A DNA stretch of 64,000 nt from Candidatus Bathyarchaeota archaeon (GCA_963771885.1 CAVYVF010000022.1:288001-352000), one strand, 5' to 3'. Positions 51,604 through 62,267 are shown, counted from the stretch's first letter. Made by a program: numbers and translations. Notes: generated by a model from the letters alone, not told the origin.

Positions 51604-53255
51604 GTTTTCTTTTCGAGTGTGAGTCTGCTGACTCCGTTAGGGCTGGATAGTAGGCCGATGAGTTTTCCTTCAACGGCCTTTAGATCTATTTTGATGTCGG
51701 CGTAGTCGTTTGTTCCCCATCGCGCGTATTCGCGGGGGATCCTTATGGTGGATTGTCCCGTGACGTATCCGAGCTCGGCGCGGAAGTCTCGGAGTGGCGT
51801 GTATTCGCCGTTGGTTCCGTTTACTGTCGCGGTTGTTCGGCTCGTTATCCTGAGGTTTAGGTGGTGGAAGCCGTAGGCGTCGTAGTATTCACCGGACCAG
51901 TATGCGATTAGGTCGGCGCCTAAGTCGACTTTTGGCGTCGTAGGAATATACTTGCGGTGGTAGTTGGTTCCTAAGTCGAACTGTGTGACTGACCCGTCTG
52001 CGGCGTACTCGAATGTCAGCTCTTCGCCATCGCTTGAGGGGCCGTGGACCCTGTACCTCGAGTCGTCGAGCCTCTCGAGGGTGAGGCGGTCGCCGAGTGT
52101 TAGGTAGCCGTTTACGACCCTGATGGTGATCTGGCCCGTCTCGTCGCCGTATGTGCCCGCGATCTTCTCCCAGTTGGATGGCGGTGACTGCATGTATGTT
52201 GGTGCAACTTCCCTTCCGAGGGTGATGCGGAGGACGGTGGGCGCTGGTGGCCTCCACGAGGACCCGTCTTGTAAATTGCTCAGCCAGCAGACACCCAGCT
52301 TCTCCTCGGGGTAGAAGCAGACATGGTTTGTGAAGTCGGGTAGACCGCCTGTGTGGTAGAGCATGACTTTGTCGTCGTGGATGGTTCGGAACCATGTGAG
52401 TCCCATGCCGCTTCGGGACTTGCCGGTCGGCGCCTGGAGGCTTTGCATCGCCGATATTGTCTCCTCCTTCAGGAGGCGTTTTCCCTGGTATGCGCCTCCG
52501 TTCATGTTCATCGCTAGGAACTTTGAGAGGTCGAGCACGGTGGAGTAGAGGCTGCCTGCTGGGTCAGCGGGCTTCATGCCGAGGTAATACGATGGCATCG
52601 GCAGGATCGGGTTCTCCGGCCCACCTGCACGCTTGTAGCCCTGTGCGAGCCTCGCCATGACGGCGGGGCTGAGTTCGAAGTCGCTCGACGTCATTTCGAG
52701 GGGTTTGAGGACGTTTTCCTTGATGTACTCGTCGTATTCAACGCCTGTGAACAGTTTGATGAGTTGACCGAGGATGGTGAAGGAGGTGTTGCAATAGGCC
52801 CATGCTTCACCGCGTGGCCTGACCATTCTGGCTGCGGAGTGTATGTAATCCTTGACATCGGCGGATTTCTCACCGAGTAGGTAGAGCGGGGGCACGCGCG
52901 TCGGCATCCCCGTGTAGTGCGTGAGGAGGTCGCGTATTCTCGGCTCGTCTCCCTTGATGTCTCTTATCTTGACATCCAAGTGCTCGTTGACGTTGTCATC
53001 GAGGGTGAACTTGCCCTTCTCCATCAGTTGGAGGAAGCCAACGGTTATGAACGGCTTTGTGACTGAGGCGCATCCGTAGATGGTCTCTGAAGTGGCTTTG
53101 ACGCCGTTTCTAAGATCGGCGTATCCGAAGCCACTCGACCATACCACCTCGCCATCCTTGACTATTGCGACGGATGATCCGGGATGTCGGCGTCCAGTGA
53201 GCTCGGCTGAGATGAAGCGTTCAACTGCCTCGATGTCAAACATACATTCCACCAA
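51600..53255 (-). CDS. serine hydrolase, beta-lactamase/D-peptidase family
   Basis: SVTK, LLTH, YCN and HTGG motifs plus C-terminal beta domains. Confidence 0.88.
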   Translation of the reverse strand: MVECMFDIEAVERFISAELTGRRHPGSSVAIVKDGEVVWSSGFGYADLRNGVKATSETIYGCASVTKPFITVGFLQLMEKGKFTLDDNVNEHLDVKIRDIKGDEPRIRDLLTHYTGMPTRVPPLYLLGEKSADVKDYIHSAARMVRPRGEAWAYCNTSFTILGQLIKLFTGVEYDEYIKENVLKPLEMTSSDFELSPAVMARLAQGYKRAGGPENPILPMPSYYLGMKPADPAGSLYSTVLDLSKFLAMNMNGGAYQGKRLLKEETISAMQSLQAPTGKSRSGMGLTWFRTIHDDKVMLYHTGGLPDFTNHVCFYPEEKLGVCWLSNLQDGSSWRPPAPTVLRITLGREVAPTYMQSPPSNWEKIAGTYGDETGQITIRVVNGYLTLGDRLTLERLDDSRYRVHGPSSDGEELTFEYAADGSVTQFDLGTNYHRKYIPTTPKVDLGADLIAYWSGEYYDAYGFHHLNLRITSRTTATVNGTNGEYTPLRDFRAELGYVTGQSTIRIPREYARWGTNDYADIKIDLKAVEGKLIGLLSSPNGVSRLTLEKKT

Positions 53256-53352
53256 CGGAGTGTATTAGATCGGTTTGGGATAAGTGTGTTCTCGGGAAGT
53301 GGAATGCTTTTTTCCATAGGAAACACATCATGCATCTCTAGGTGTCTCGTCG

Positions 53353-54024
53353 GTGATACGGGTGGAGTCTAAGAGGCTGCTCTACTGCGGTATTGCTCTT
53401 CTAGCCTTGTTTGCCGTAGCTGACCTCGCCGTGAAAACGGGCGTATCCCAGCCCTTTGATGTGACGGGGTTCACCTCAGTAAACTCGCTGAGACCTCCAG
53501 ACTTTGTCGACTCGGTCATGGTGGGGATTACCCTATACGGACGCGAAGTCGTGTGGGGGGGTCTGATAGTGGCTCTGTTCTTCTTCGGAGACGAGCGTGA
53601 GAAGAAGGCTGCGCTGACTATGGGGGTACTCTTCGTGTTGCTAAGCGGAGCAGGGTATGTTGTAAAGGGTCTCGACGGTAGGATTCGCCCATATGACGCC
53701 ATAAATGGCATCAGGCTTCTCGTACCCCCGGAGTCGGACTCCAGTTTCCCCTCGGGCCACACGTTCATAGTGGCGGGAGGAGCGGCTGTTGCATGGCTTT
53801 ACCTAAGGAGGTGGCTGGCGGCGCTGCTCACAATTGAGGCGTTTTTTGTCGCTATTTCGAGGGTTTACGTGGGCGTCCACTACCCGATGGATTTGATCGG
53901 CGGGGTACTGCTTGGGGCGGGTTTCGCTTTGATACTCTGTTCAAGCCCCGGATTTATTGATAGGTTATATGGCAAGATACCTAGAGCGTTGAGTAACTTA
54001 AGCCGAGTCTCACTGCCTGCTTAG
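53353..54024 (+). CDS. PAP2-family membrane phosphatase
   Basis: K..RIRP, SFPSGH and SRVYVGVHYP.D motifs. Confidence 0.9.
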   Translation: MIRVESKRLLYCGIALLALFAVADLAVKTGVSQPFDVTGFTSVNSLRPPDFVDSVMVGITLYGREVVWGGLIVALFFFGDEREKKAALTMGVLFVLLSGAGYVVKGLDGRIRPYDAINGIRLLVPPESDSSFPSGHTFIVAGGAAVAWLYLRRWLAALLTIEAFFVAISRVYVGVHYPMDLIGGVLLGAGFALILCSSPGFIDRLYGKIPRALSNLSRVSLPA

Positions 54025-54483
54025 GTAGATGAGTATTGCTGATGCAAGTGTCGTGAAGACGTCCGGTAACAGGTTGAAGAGGTTGAATATATTCGTCCCG
54101 TTGAACCCGTTTATCCAGATCATTATCGGGTTGCTGGTTATAGAGTAGAGGAATAGTGTGGCGGAGAAGAGGACGAGGCAGAGACTGAAGTTGGAGCGCG
54201 TCTCACGGTATATACCGTAGTAGAGGATCATTAGATAGACGAGAAGACAGGAGTTGATCAGAGCCAGCACTGTCCTCCCCTGGATGTAGAAGACGAGAAT
54301 ATTGCTGATCTCCATCAGCTCCTGGGGCGTCATAAGCTCAAGCAATGGACGACCGGGGCGCCCGAATAATGAGTAGAGTGTGTTCAGGGGCCCAAGGAGG
54401 AGCAACAATATCACTGCCAGCACGACGATTATGGCGATTGGCCCCCACTGTGTCTTCTGCATCCGGTTCTCATTTCCGTCCAT
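54010..54483 (-). CDS. hypothetical membrane protein co-transcribed with the ArsR regulator
   Basis: About 4 TM helices; overlaps the ArsR stop. Confidence 0.65.
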   Translation of the reverse strand: MDGNENRMQKTQWGPIAIIVVLAVILLLLLGPLNTLYSLFGRPGRPLLELMTPQELMEISNILVFYIQGRTVLALINSCLLVYLMILYYGIYRETRSNFSLCLVLFSATLFLYSITSNPIMIWINGFNGTNIFNLFNLLPDVFTTLASAILIYLSRQ

Positions 54484-54796
54484 CGTTTTTCAACCTTTTA
54501 CCTATTCTATTCCAAATCTCTTCGAAATCGGTATAGTTTTGCTCGAGGTCCTGACTAACGAAGAAGACCTTCCCGTAGTGTTCCCCAACCGAGGTTATGA
54601 GGCGGTTTTTCTCGAGCACGTCGAGGTGGTGACGGATTGTGCGATAGTCGACTTCGAGGAGGTTGCAGAGTTGGTTGGCGTTGAGGGGTTCCTGTTTGAT
54701 GGCCTCGATTATCCTCCCCCTGTTGACACCTCCCCTGGACCCCTCTATTAGCCAGAGGAGCAGCTGCTTGTAGGAGCGCCGAGAGAGGGACATCAC
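54470..54796 (-). CDS. ArsR-family winged-helix regulator
   Basis: GSRGGVNR, NANQL, YRTIRHHL.VL and YG motifs. Confidence 0.85.
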   Translation of the reverse strand: MMSLSRRSYKQLLLWLIEGSRGGVNRGRIIEAIKQEPLNANQLCNLLEVDYRTIRHHLDVLEKNRLITSVGEHYGKVFFVSQDLEQNYTDFEEIWNRIGKRLKNDGRK

Positions 54797-54938
54797 TTCA
54801 CCGGCTGGTTTCGCTGATTACGTTGTTGAGGATTCCCTTAAAGGTTGACCGGGTTGATCCGGAACGAATTATGGTGTGATCTTGAAAAATTGTTTATGAG
54901 CAGCCGATCTAATCGGTTCGACAGAAGAAAGTTGTCAG

Positions 54939-56303
54939 GTGACGGATTTGACTGAAGAAAACAAGGATGTGCCACAAGAGACAGGTGCCAACGAGGCGAA
55001 AGAAGACGCCATAGCTAATGAACAAGCTCCAAACTTAGAGGAAGAGAAGAGGAGGGAGACGCCGTCATTTTCCCCTGCTCCTGAGCCAAGGGCGGAAGCG
55101 AGTCCGGCCTTCCATGAGAGGCGGAGCGGGCTCAACATGATACTTGCGGCTCTTTTGATTCTCAGCCTCGGGTTCTCGGCGTTCGTATACCTAGACAGCA
55201 GTAGCCGGGTGGATGTTCTGACTGGGCAGGTTTCGACGCTCACGTCGTCGATTCAGACGCTTAGCGACAAGCTTGTGGAGTCGAATTTCAAGATCAACAC
55301 TCTGACTACCAGACTGAACAACATTGGCAATGGAGGGAATGGTTCGGGCTTAACTGACGTGACCGTATTGTACGAGCAGGTGAAGGGCAGCGTCGTGCTG
55401 ATTAGGTCGACGCTTCCGCAGGGTACGGCGACGGGCAGCGGCTTCATCTATGACATGCAGGGGAGGATAGTGACCAACTACCATGTCATCGAGGGGGCTA
55501 ACAGCATCACAGTGACGTTCATCAATGGCACAATAGTGCCTGCGACTGTGGTTGGGACCGACCCCTATTCAGATATCGCGGTCATAGATATTGACGCTCC
55601 GCTTTCACTGCTTAAGCCCCTGGTACTGGGCAACTCCTCTGCCCTAAAGGTAGGCGAATCTGTGCTGGCAATCGGCAACCCCTATGGCCTCGCAGACACC
55701 CTGACGACTGGTATAATCAGTGCCCTCGGGAGGGAGATGGATTCCGCAAGCGGATATCCGATAGTTGACGTGATACAGACAGATGCAGCCATCAACCCGG
55801 GCAACAGTGGCGGGCCACTGCTCAATATGTATGGGGAGGTCGTGGGGATAAACACCGCCATCGCCTCGTCGACATCGACGGGGATCGGATTCGCAGTCCC
55901 AAGCAACACGATAGCGCGTGAGATCGACAGCCTCATCGTAAACGGCACCTATGCTCAAGTGTACATCGGGATACAAGGCGTAGATGTCACTCCGAACATT
56001 GTAGCAGCCATGAATTTGCCCGCGGGTACACATGGGACACTCCTAACAGGGGTTACAAATGGGGGCCCCGCCTCTGTGGCGGGACTCAGGGGCGGCTCGA
56101 CCTTCCGGGTCATCGACGGTGTCAACATGTTAATCGGGGGGGACGTTGTAACGGCCGCAGACGGCACCGAGTTGAAGGGTATATACGACTTCATACTCTA
56201 CATGCAGAGGAACAAGAGACCCGGAGACCCCATCTCCCTTACCATCATAAGAGGTGGATCGACGATGACGGTCAACGTGACGCTTGGGACGAGGACCGGC
56301 TAA
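54939..56303 (+). CDS. membrane-anchored HtrA/DegP-like serine protease with PDZ domain
   Basis: TM plus coiled coil; TNYH, SDIA, GNSGG triad; PDZ. Paralog of 16643-17888. Confidence 0.92.
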   Translation: MTDLTEENKDVPQETGANEAKEDAIANEQAPNLEEEKRRETPSFSPAPEPRAEASPAFHERRSGLNMILAALLILSLGFSAFVYLDSSSRVDVLTGQVSTLTSSIQTLSDKLVESNFKINTLTTRLNNIGNGGNGSGLTDVTVLYEQVKGSVVLIRSTLPQGTATGSGFIYDMQGRIVTNYHVIEGANSITVTFINGTIVPATVVGTDPYSDIAVIDIDAPLSLLKPLVLGNSSALKVGESVLAIGNPYGLADTLTTGIISALGREMDSASGYPIVDVIQTDAAINPGNSGGPLLNMYGEVVGINTAIASSTSTGIGFAVPSNTIAREIDSLIVNGTYAQVYIGIQGVDVTPNIVAAMNLPAGTHGTLLTGVTNGGPASVAGLRGGSTFRVIDGVNMLIGGDVVTAADGTELKGIYDFILYMQRNKRPGDPISLTIIRGGSTMTVNVTLGTRTG

Positions 56304-57667
56304 TTCTTGGGGGCCTTTTTCGGGAGTCCCACTCCTCTGAAGCTTAATCCCAGCTTTAGGCACTCGTCCTGATCGAAGACGTTTCTGCCATCGACGATTA
56401 CAGGGGTTTTCATGAGTTTTTTAACTTCCTTCGGGGTGAGCTTTTGGTATTCTCTGTGACGCGTTGCTACTATGAGGCAGTCTCTCCCCTTGATCGCATC
56501 GCCGATGTCCGAGGTGATCTTCATGCCCTCATACTCCTTCACGTAGGGGTCGTGTGCGATTAGGCTCTTGCACTCCTTTTTGAGGGCGTTATAGAGGGAT
56601 TCTGTGGGAGTGTTTCGTGTATCGTCGCTGTTCTCGAGGAAGGCAACTCCCAGGATGGCGATCTTTGCGTCCTTCAGGCTGACGCCTTTCTCTGCGAGTG
56701 CCTCCTTGGTTAATTGCACCATGTGCTCTGGCATCGAGTCGTTCAGATACCTGCTCCCCGTGATGATGCGTGGCTCGAATTTAGTGGACCCGTATGTGTC
56801 CAGTCCGTACTTGAGGAGCCAGCTGTCCTTTGGGAGGCAGTGGCCGCCGACACCCGCGCCAGGTGTGTGCATGTTCCTGTAGGGGTTGGCGGATGGGTTG
56901 CTGTTGTCGTTTGGGAGGCTGTTGACGAATCTGCGTACATCGTGTACGTTGATGCCGAGGCTCTCGCAGGCGAGAGCTACCTCGTTCGCGAAGGCGATGT
57001 TTACGTCGCGGTAGGCGTTCTCGGTTACCTTAGCTACTTCCGCTGTGAGGGCGTCAGTAGCGTGCAGGTTAGCTTTGACGATGTGACGATATAGTTCGAT
57101 GCCTCGCCTCGTCGACTCAGCGTCGACTCCTCCGACTATCCTGTCGTACATCGTCAGGTTGTGGAGGAGGCGCCCGACCATTACGCGTTCGTAGCTGAAT
57201 AGGAGCCCAAAGTCGGTACCTGCTTTGAGACCGCTGTGTTTCTCGAGTATGGGCTTAGCGAGGTGCTGCGTCGTGCCGGGTGCAACCGTCGATTCGAGAC
57301 ATATGAGTACGTCTTTCCGCATGTTGTCGCCGATGTCGGCAAGGACTTGCCTTAGGGACTCGTACTGCGGGATATGATTTTCATCGACGGGTGTCTGGAC
57401 GGCGATTATGATTGCATCTGCGTCACTGTAGGTGGCTACGTCGTCGGTGACGTGGAAGGTGCCCTTATCGTGAATCCGCTTGATGAGTTCTGGTAGCCCC
57501 GGTTCATCGGCTTCGATGACCGATCTACCTTGATTTAGGGCGTCAATCTTCCAAGCGGAGCGTGGAGATCGGCGCTGAATACCAGTGACCTTGAAGCCCG
57601 GCACATCTGCGAATAAAGCGGCTACGGGCGTCCCGACATAGCCCATCCCGACCACTACGACGTTCAT
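56300..57667 (-). CDS. UDP-N-acetylhexosamine 6-dehydrogenase (WecC/WbpA family)
   Basis: GMGYVG, ESTVAPGTT, AKVTENAYRDVNIA and GVGGHCLPKD motifs. Confidence 0.9.
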   Translation of the reverse strand: MNVVVVGMGYVGTPVAALFADVPGFKVTGIQRRSPRSAWKIDALNQGRSVIEADEPGLPELIKRIHDKGTFHVTDDVATYSDADAIIIAVQTPVDENHIPQYESLRQVLADIGDNMRKDVLICLESTVAPGTTQHLAKPILEKHSGLKAGTDFGLLFSYERVMVGRLLHNLTMYDRIVGGVDAESTRRGIELYRHIVKANLHATDALTAEVAKVTENAYRDVNIAFANEVALACESLGINVHDVRRFVNSLPNDNSNPSANPYRNMHTPGAGVGGHCLPKDSWLLKYGLDTYGSTKFEPRIITGSRYLNDSMPEHMVQLTKEALAEKGVSLKDAKIAILGVAFLENSDDTRNTPTESLYNALKKECKSLIAHDPYVKEYEGMKITSDIGDAIKGRDCLIVATRHREYQKLTPKEVKKLMKTPVIVDGRNVFDQDECLKLGLSFRGVGLPKKAPKN

Positions 57668-57734
57668 CAGAAATCCTCTGTCTGGGTCTATTAGGATCAT
57701 CGATTATATCTACCTTGTTTATACATTCTCCTCC

Positions 57735-58688
57735 ATGAAGCGCGTTTTCATCGACACCGATGGTGAGTTCGACGACTACATGGCACTTGTGCTCGCATTG
57801 AAGTCCAAGGACCTATTCGTGGAAGGTATAAGCACCCTGAGCGGGATACGAAACCTGAGGGATTCGACCGACGACGTGTTAAATGCCGTCGAGCTCCTCG
57901 GCAGGGGGGACATACCGATTGCGGAGGGACTGGAGGTCTCAATGTCCCAGAACCTTACCGAGGAGAGAAAAAATATCCTCAATATCTGGAAGATGGGTGG
58001 GAGGACGTCGACGAAGGCGATCCGCCGTCCCGGAATAAAGCCTGTGAAGGAGGACGGCGTCAGCCTCATGATCAGGAAGGTTATGGAGGCCCCTGGAGAG
58101 GTGACCCTCATAACCCTCGGGGCACTCACAAACGTTGCCTCTGCGTTGCTCAGGGAGCCACGGTTCTCGAAGAAGGTGAAAGAGGTCTATTCCATGGGCG
58201 GTGCTGTACTCGTGCCTGGTAACACTACCCCTGTCGCCGAGTTCAACATCTGGGGCGACCCCCTCGCCGCCAAGATATTCTTCAACTCAGGCATGCACAT
58301 CACCATGATCGGTCTCGAAACCTACTACCAGCCCGTACTATCAGGCGAGGAGTGGGTCAAAGTCAAGGAGGCGAATGAGGCAACGAAGTATTGCTTCGAT
58401 AATTTTGCCCCATGGTTCAGCTACCTTATCGGACTCCATCCCGACTGGAAGGGGGGACTACAGGTCGGTGACGGTCTCACGGTAGGCGCAGCCATTGATC
58501 CTACTCTCATGAAGTGTAGGCGGTGCTTCATAGACGTCGAGACGAAGGGTGAGTTGACGGTCGGGCAGACGGTCGCCTACGGCCTTTCGAGGAGGCACCT
58601 ACTACCCAAGGAGGCGAACACCGACCTTACCGTCGACTGCGACTGGAAGAGGTTCAACCGTCTCTTCGTCGAGAAGGCCACATCTTAG
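57735..58688 (+). CDS. nucleoside hydrolase (IU-NH family)
   Basis: DTDGEFDD, LGALTN, MGG and AEFNIWGDP motifs. Confidence 0.88.
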   Translation: MKRVFIDTDGEFDDYMALVLALKSKDLFVEGISTLSGIRNLRDSTDDVLNAVELLGRGDIPIAEGLEVSMSQNLTEERKNILNIWKMGGRTSTKAIRRPGIKPVKEDGVSLMIRKVMEAPGEVTLITLGALTNVASALLREPRFSKKVKEVYSMGGAVLVPGNTTPVAEFNIWGDPLAAKIFFNSGMHITMIGLETYYQPVLSGEEWVKVKEANEATKYCFDNFAPWFSYLIGLHPDWKGGLQVGDGLTVGAAIDPTLMKCRRCFIDVETKGELTVGQTVAYGLSRRHLLPKEANTDLTVDCDWKRFNRLFVEKATS

Positions 58689-58778
58689 GTCCTAGTCTTA
58701 ATAGTGATTCTGTTGGGTACTCGTTATATTCTACCCATATCTCTGTAGCTAGGTATCGTCGTAAAAAGAGGAAGTACA

Positions 58779-60017
58779 ATGGGAGACAGCCTCATCACGA
58801 AAGGGGTACAGTTCCTACGGAAGCAAGAGAGCGCTTTCAACGTCAACATGGTACGTCGATCGGTCGAGAACTTTGCCATCACGCTTGTGCAGCAGTACCA
58901 GTCAATCTACCTGATCGCCCTCGGCGCCGGCTCGGTTCAGGTGGGACTCGTCAATAGCCTCGCCGGGGTGGGTTCCACTCTCACAGCTCTCCCGTCAGGG
59001 TGGGCGATAGACCGTTATGGTTTGAAGAAGACGTTCTATTTTGGCACTATCTTCATGGCGCTCGGGTCGCTCCTCTTTGGCCTCGCGACGAACTGGATCT
59101 TCACAATCCCCGCCATGTTCATCTTCACGATCGCGGCGAGGGTTAACCAGACCTCATGCCCCGTAGTATGCGGCAGCGCCCTCGTTAACGAGGACCGCGC
59201 CGTTGGCATGCAGCTATGCGACAGCCTTGCTGCGATCTCGGGGATAGTCGCCCCCATAGTGGGAGCAGCGATCATCGCCGCGAGCGGCGGAATGACAGCC
59301 GAGGGATTGAGACCGATCTTCTACCTGCAGCTCGCAGTGCTTGCGGTCGAGTTCGTAATAATCGCCTGGAAGTTCAACAATCCAAGCAAGCGCGTCGCGC
59401 CGAGGAGCGGGCTCGGCATGATGGAGGGGGTTAAACAGGTGCTGGAGAAGGGCGTTGCGGTTAAGAGGTTCCTCCTATATCAGAGCATCCAGACCGTGCC
59501 CTTCTACCTGAATGCAATCTACATCCCTCTCTACGCGGCTGAGGTGAAGGGAGCCGACGCCTACACACTCGGGGGTATGGCAACGGCGGCCCTGCTCGTA
59601 CCGCTCATACTCTCGATCCCGAGTGGGAGGCTGGCCGATCGCCTCGGGCGGAAGAGGGTCGTCTACCTCTGTCTCCCCCTCTACTGCCTATCCCTCGTCC
59701 TCCTCGCCGTCGCGCCCGTGGGAGCGTCATGGATCATCATCGCGTCTGGTGTACTGCAGGGATTCTACATGCTTGGGATGGTAACGGGGAACGCGATGAG
59801 GGCGGAGATCGTGCCAATAAGTCTGCTTGGAAGTTGGGGCGGGCTGCTCGGATTATTCGGGGGAATTGTTGGCATCATTGTGCCCATAACTGCGGGTTTC
59901 ATGTGGAACTCGTTGTCACCCGTCTCCGTCCTCCTCCTACTGATCGCTTCGACTCTAGTCGGCGGTGCCGTTCTGACGACGATGCCTGAGACGCTTAAGA
60001 TGAAGAGGGAGATCTAG
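58779..60017 (+). CDS. MFS transporter
   Basis: GWAIDRYGLKK and GRLADRLGRKR motifs; about 12 TM helices. Confidence 0.88.
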   Translation: MGDSLITKGVQFLRKQESAFNVNMVRRSVENFAITLVQQYQSIYLIALGAGSVQVGLVNSLAGVGSTLTALPSGWAIDRYGLKKTFYFGTIFMALGSLLFGLATNWIFTIPAMFIFTIAARVNQTSCPVVCGSALVNEDRAVGMQLCDSLAAISGIVAPIVGAAIIAASGGMTAEGLRPIFYLQLAVLAVEFVIIAWKFNNPSKRVAPRSGLGMMEGVKQVLEKGVAVKRFLLYQSIQTVPFYLNAIYIPLYAAEVKGADAYTLGGMATAALLVPLILSIPSGRLADRLGRKRVVYLCLPLYCLSLVLLAVAPVGASWIIIASGVLQGFYMLGMVTGNAMRAEIVPISLLGSWGGLLGLFGGIVGIIVPITAGFMWNSLSPVSVLLLLIASTLVGGAVLTTMPETLKMKREI

Positions 60018-60055
60018 ACCCTCAAGTTCATTAGTTTGTATACTGGTTTAGGGTC

Positions 60056-60961
60056 GTGGCGGTCCAGAGCTCACTTCGGGGGAACTTGGTTCCTTTCCTT
60101 GCGATGGGCGCTCTCTTCATAGTCGTCGATGTAGCGGCTCTCGTCTTCGTCGGGCCATTCGTAGACGTCGGGCTCTTCGCCTTCGGGGACACGGGGGACC
60201 CTGTTAATGTGGCCTATTTCGTCTTGATGATGATTGCCACGACGGCTTTCGTACTGGCTATAAGAAAGTTCAGGGGCGGCGCGTTGGTCAAATGGGTTTT
60301 GAGGGGGGCGATCGGTGTCTCCATCTTTTCGACCTTCTACTCGCTATCCTGGGGCGTACTTGGAGACCCGGCTGCACTCATAACATCGGCCGCCTCGGCC
60401 CTGCTCTGCGTCCTCGCCCTCTCGAAGTGGCCGCGATGGTATGTCATCAACTTCGTGGCGTTGCTGCTGGGAGCTGTTACGACGGCTGTACTCGGAATAT
60501 CCCTGTCTCCGCCCCTCGTTTCAGTCCTGCTTCTGCTTTTATCGGTCTATGACGCCATCGCGGTCTACAAGACCAGACATATGCTCGGCCTTGCGGAGGT
60601 CATCCTCAACTCGGGGTTGCCGCTTGTGCTCATCATACCGAGGCGTGGCGGGTATGTCGACGATCAGAAGGTCGTGATACAGAGTGGGAGTACAACGGGG
60701 GAGCGACGTGCCTTCTATATGGGATTAGGTGACCTGATCATCCCTGGCTGTCTCGTAGTCTCTGTTTACTCGTTGCTCGGCGTTAGTGGCTTGCCGGTTA
60801 TTGCCGTAATCGTATTAGGGACTCTGCTTGGATTTGTGGTATTGGCTACATACGTTGTGAGGGGGAATCCCCAGGCGGGGCTGCCATTTCTGTGCGGTGG
60901 CGCACTTCTGGGGTATCTATTATCTAGTTTCCTGTTTTATGGTAAGCTTATCGGGCTCTGA
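60056..60961 (+). CDS. archaeal presenilin-family (GxGD) intramembrane aspartyl protease
   Basis: SVYDAIAVYKT.HM, MGLGD and PQAGLP motifs with both catalytic Asp intact. Confidence 0.9.
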   Translation: MAVQSSLRGNLVPFLAMGALFIVVDVAALVFVGPFVDVGLFAFGDTGDPVNVAYFVLMMIATTAFVLAIRKFRGGALVKWVLRGAIGVSIFSTFYSLSWGVLGDPAALITSAASALLCVLALSKWPRWYVINFVALLLGAVTTAVLGISLSPPLVSVLLLLLSVYDAIAVYKTRHMLGLAEVILNSGLPLVLIIPRRGGYVDDQKVVIQSGSTTGERRAFYMGLGDLIIPGCLVVSVYSLLGVSGLPVIAVIVLGTLLGFVVLATYVVRGNPQAGLPFLCGGALLGYLLSSFLFYGKLIGL

Positions 60962-61190
60962 ATTAGAAGAGTGGAAGAGCGCACGCGCTTGCGGTTCTTT
61001 GCAGAATGGGATGCAGTCTCGCAGATGCTGAGAGCTAAGGCTGTCTTCGCTGCTCACTGGTTTCGATTTATCGTAACGCACCCATAGTGGTGATAAAGGT
61101 ACTAGAATCGTTTCGGCAAATCTTCGCTGCGATACGAAGACGGTCAGCATGCCTATTGTAGGTTAACAATAATAATGCGGATCTTCATAG

Positions 61191-62258
61191 TTGAATGTGG
61201 AAAAAATATCCATCGTCTACGACGAGGGAATCTCGGAGTACGATTTCGGTGAGGAATATTCATTAAGGGGGGATAGGTTTCCCCGCTATCTTCAACTCCT
61301 AAAGTCGGAGAAGGTTTTGGATGACCCTGAGGTTAGTGTTGTCTCACCCAAACCTGCAACGGATGAGGACTTGGCTCTCGTTCATTCTCGGGAGTACATT
61401 GGGAAGGTTAAGCGATTGGCTGAGAGAAGGGAATATCTTTCGGATGATACCCCGTTGAAGCCCGAGATTGTCGAGGCGGTCAGGCTCATCGTTGGCGCTG
61501 CACTCAAGGCGGGGGAGGAAGTAATTGGAAGTAGAGTAAAGATGAGCCAGGGTGTGGGGGGTGGACTTCACCATGCAGGGAGGGATTATGGTGAAGCTTG
61601 GTGTGTCTTCAACGATGTCGCGGTGTGCGCTAGGGCGTTGACTGAGCGACATGGGTTGAATCGCGTGCTCATCTTCGACACGGATGCCCATACGGGGAAC
61701 GGTACAATGGACATCTTCTATAAGGAACCCAAGGTTCTGTACCTTTCCGTGCATCAGGATCCCGACACTATTTACCCTCACACAGGATATGTCGGTCAGA
61801 TCGGTGAGGGAAAGGGCGAGGGGTACACTGTTAATGTGCCCTTGCCGAAGGGAGCCGATGATGCTTGTATAGAATTAGTGTTGAAAGAGGTGTTCAGGCC
61901 GATCGTGAAACAATTCAAGCCCCAGATAATCATTCGGAACGGTGGAGCTGACCCTCACTATCAGGATGAGTTGGCAGACCTTGCTTTAACGTACAGGGGA
62001 CTGTGGTCGATCGGACGAGCAGTTTCTGAGGCCGCGGAGGATGTCGGTTGCGGGGTTGTGGATCTCCTATGTGGAGGCTATAATCCTGGCTTTGAGGAAT
62101 TCGGGCTCTATGCCCTGCTCTCAGGAAGTATGGGAAAGCCACTGACATTTAGTGAGAAGGGGAGAAAGCCAAAACCGGATCCGGAGGTGCTACAGAAGAC
62201 GGTTGAGGTGATCAAGGGTCTTGGCGAGGTGCTCTCCTCTTATTGGAGGATCACTTAG
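61191..62258 (+). CDS. histone deacetylase / AcuC-family Zn-dependent deacetylase
   Basis: VHS.EY, GGLHHA, CVFND, D.DAH.GNG, SVH, NVPL, GAD.H..D and GGY motifs. Confidence 0.9.
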   Translation: MNVEKISIVYDEGISEYDFGEEYSLRGDRFPRYLQLLKSEKVLDDPEVSVVSPKPATDEDLALVHSREYIGKVKRLAERREYLSDDTPLKPEIVEAVRLIVGAALKAGEEVIGSRVKMSQGVGGGLHHAGRDYGEAWCVFNDVAVCARALTERHGLNRVLIFDTDAHTGNGTMDIFYKEPKVLYLSVHQDPDTIYPHTGYVGQIGEGKGEGYTVNVPLPKGADDACIELVLKEVFRPIVKQFKPQIIIRNGGADPHYQDELADLALTYRGLWSIGRAVSEAAEDVGCGVVDLLCGGYNPGFEEFGLYALLSGSMGKPLTFSEKGRKPKPDPEVLQKTVEVIKGLGEVLSSYWRIT

Positions 62259-62267
62259 GCTTGATCG

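Noticed and set aside
60920..61150. 76-aa minus-strand ORF
   Set aside because: No motif, atypical codon usage and overlap with the presenilin 3' end, so it cannot be supported.
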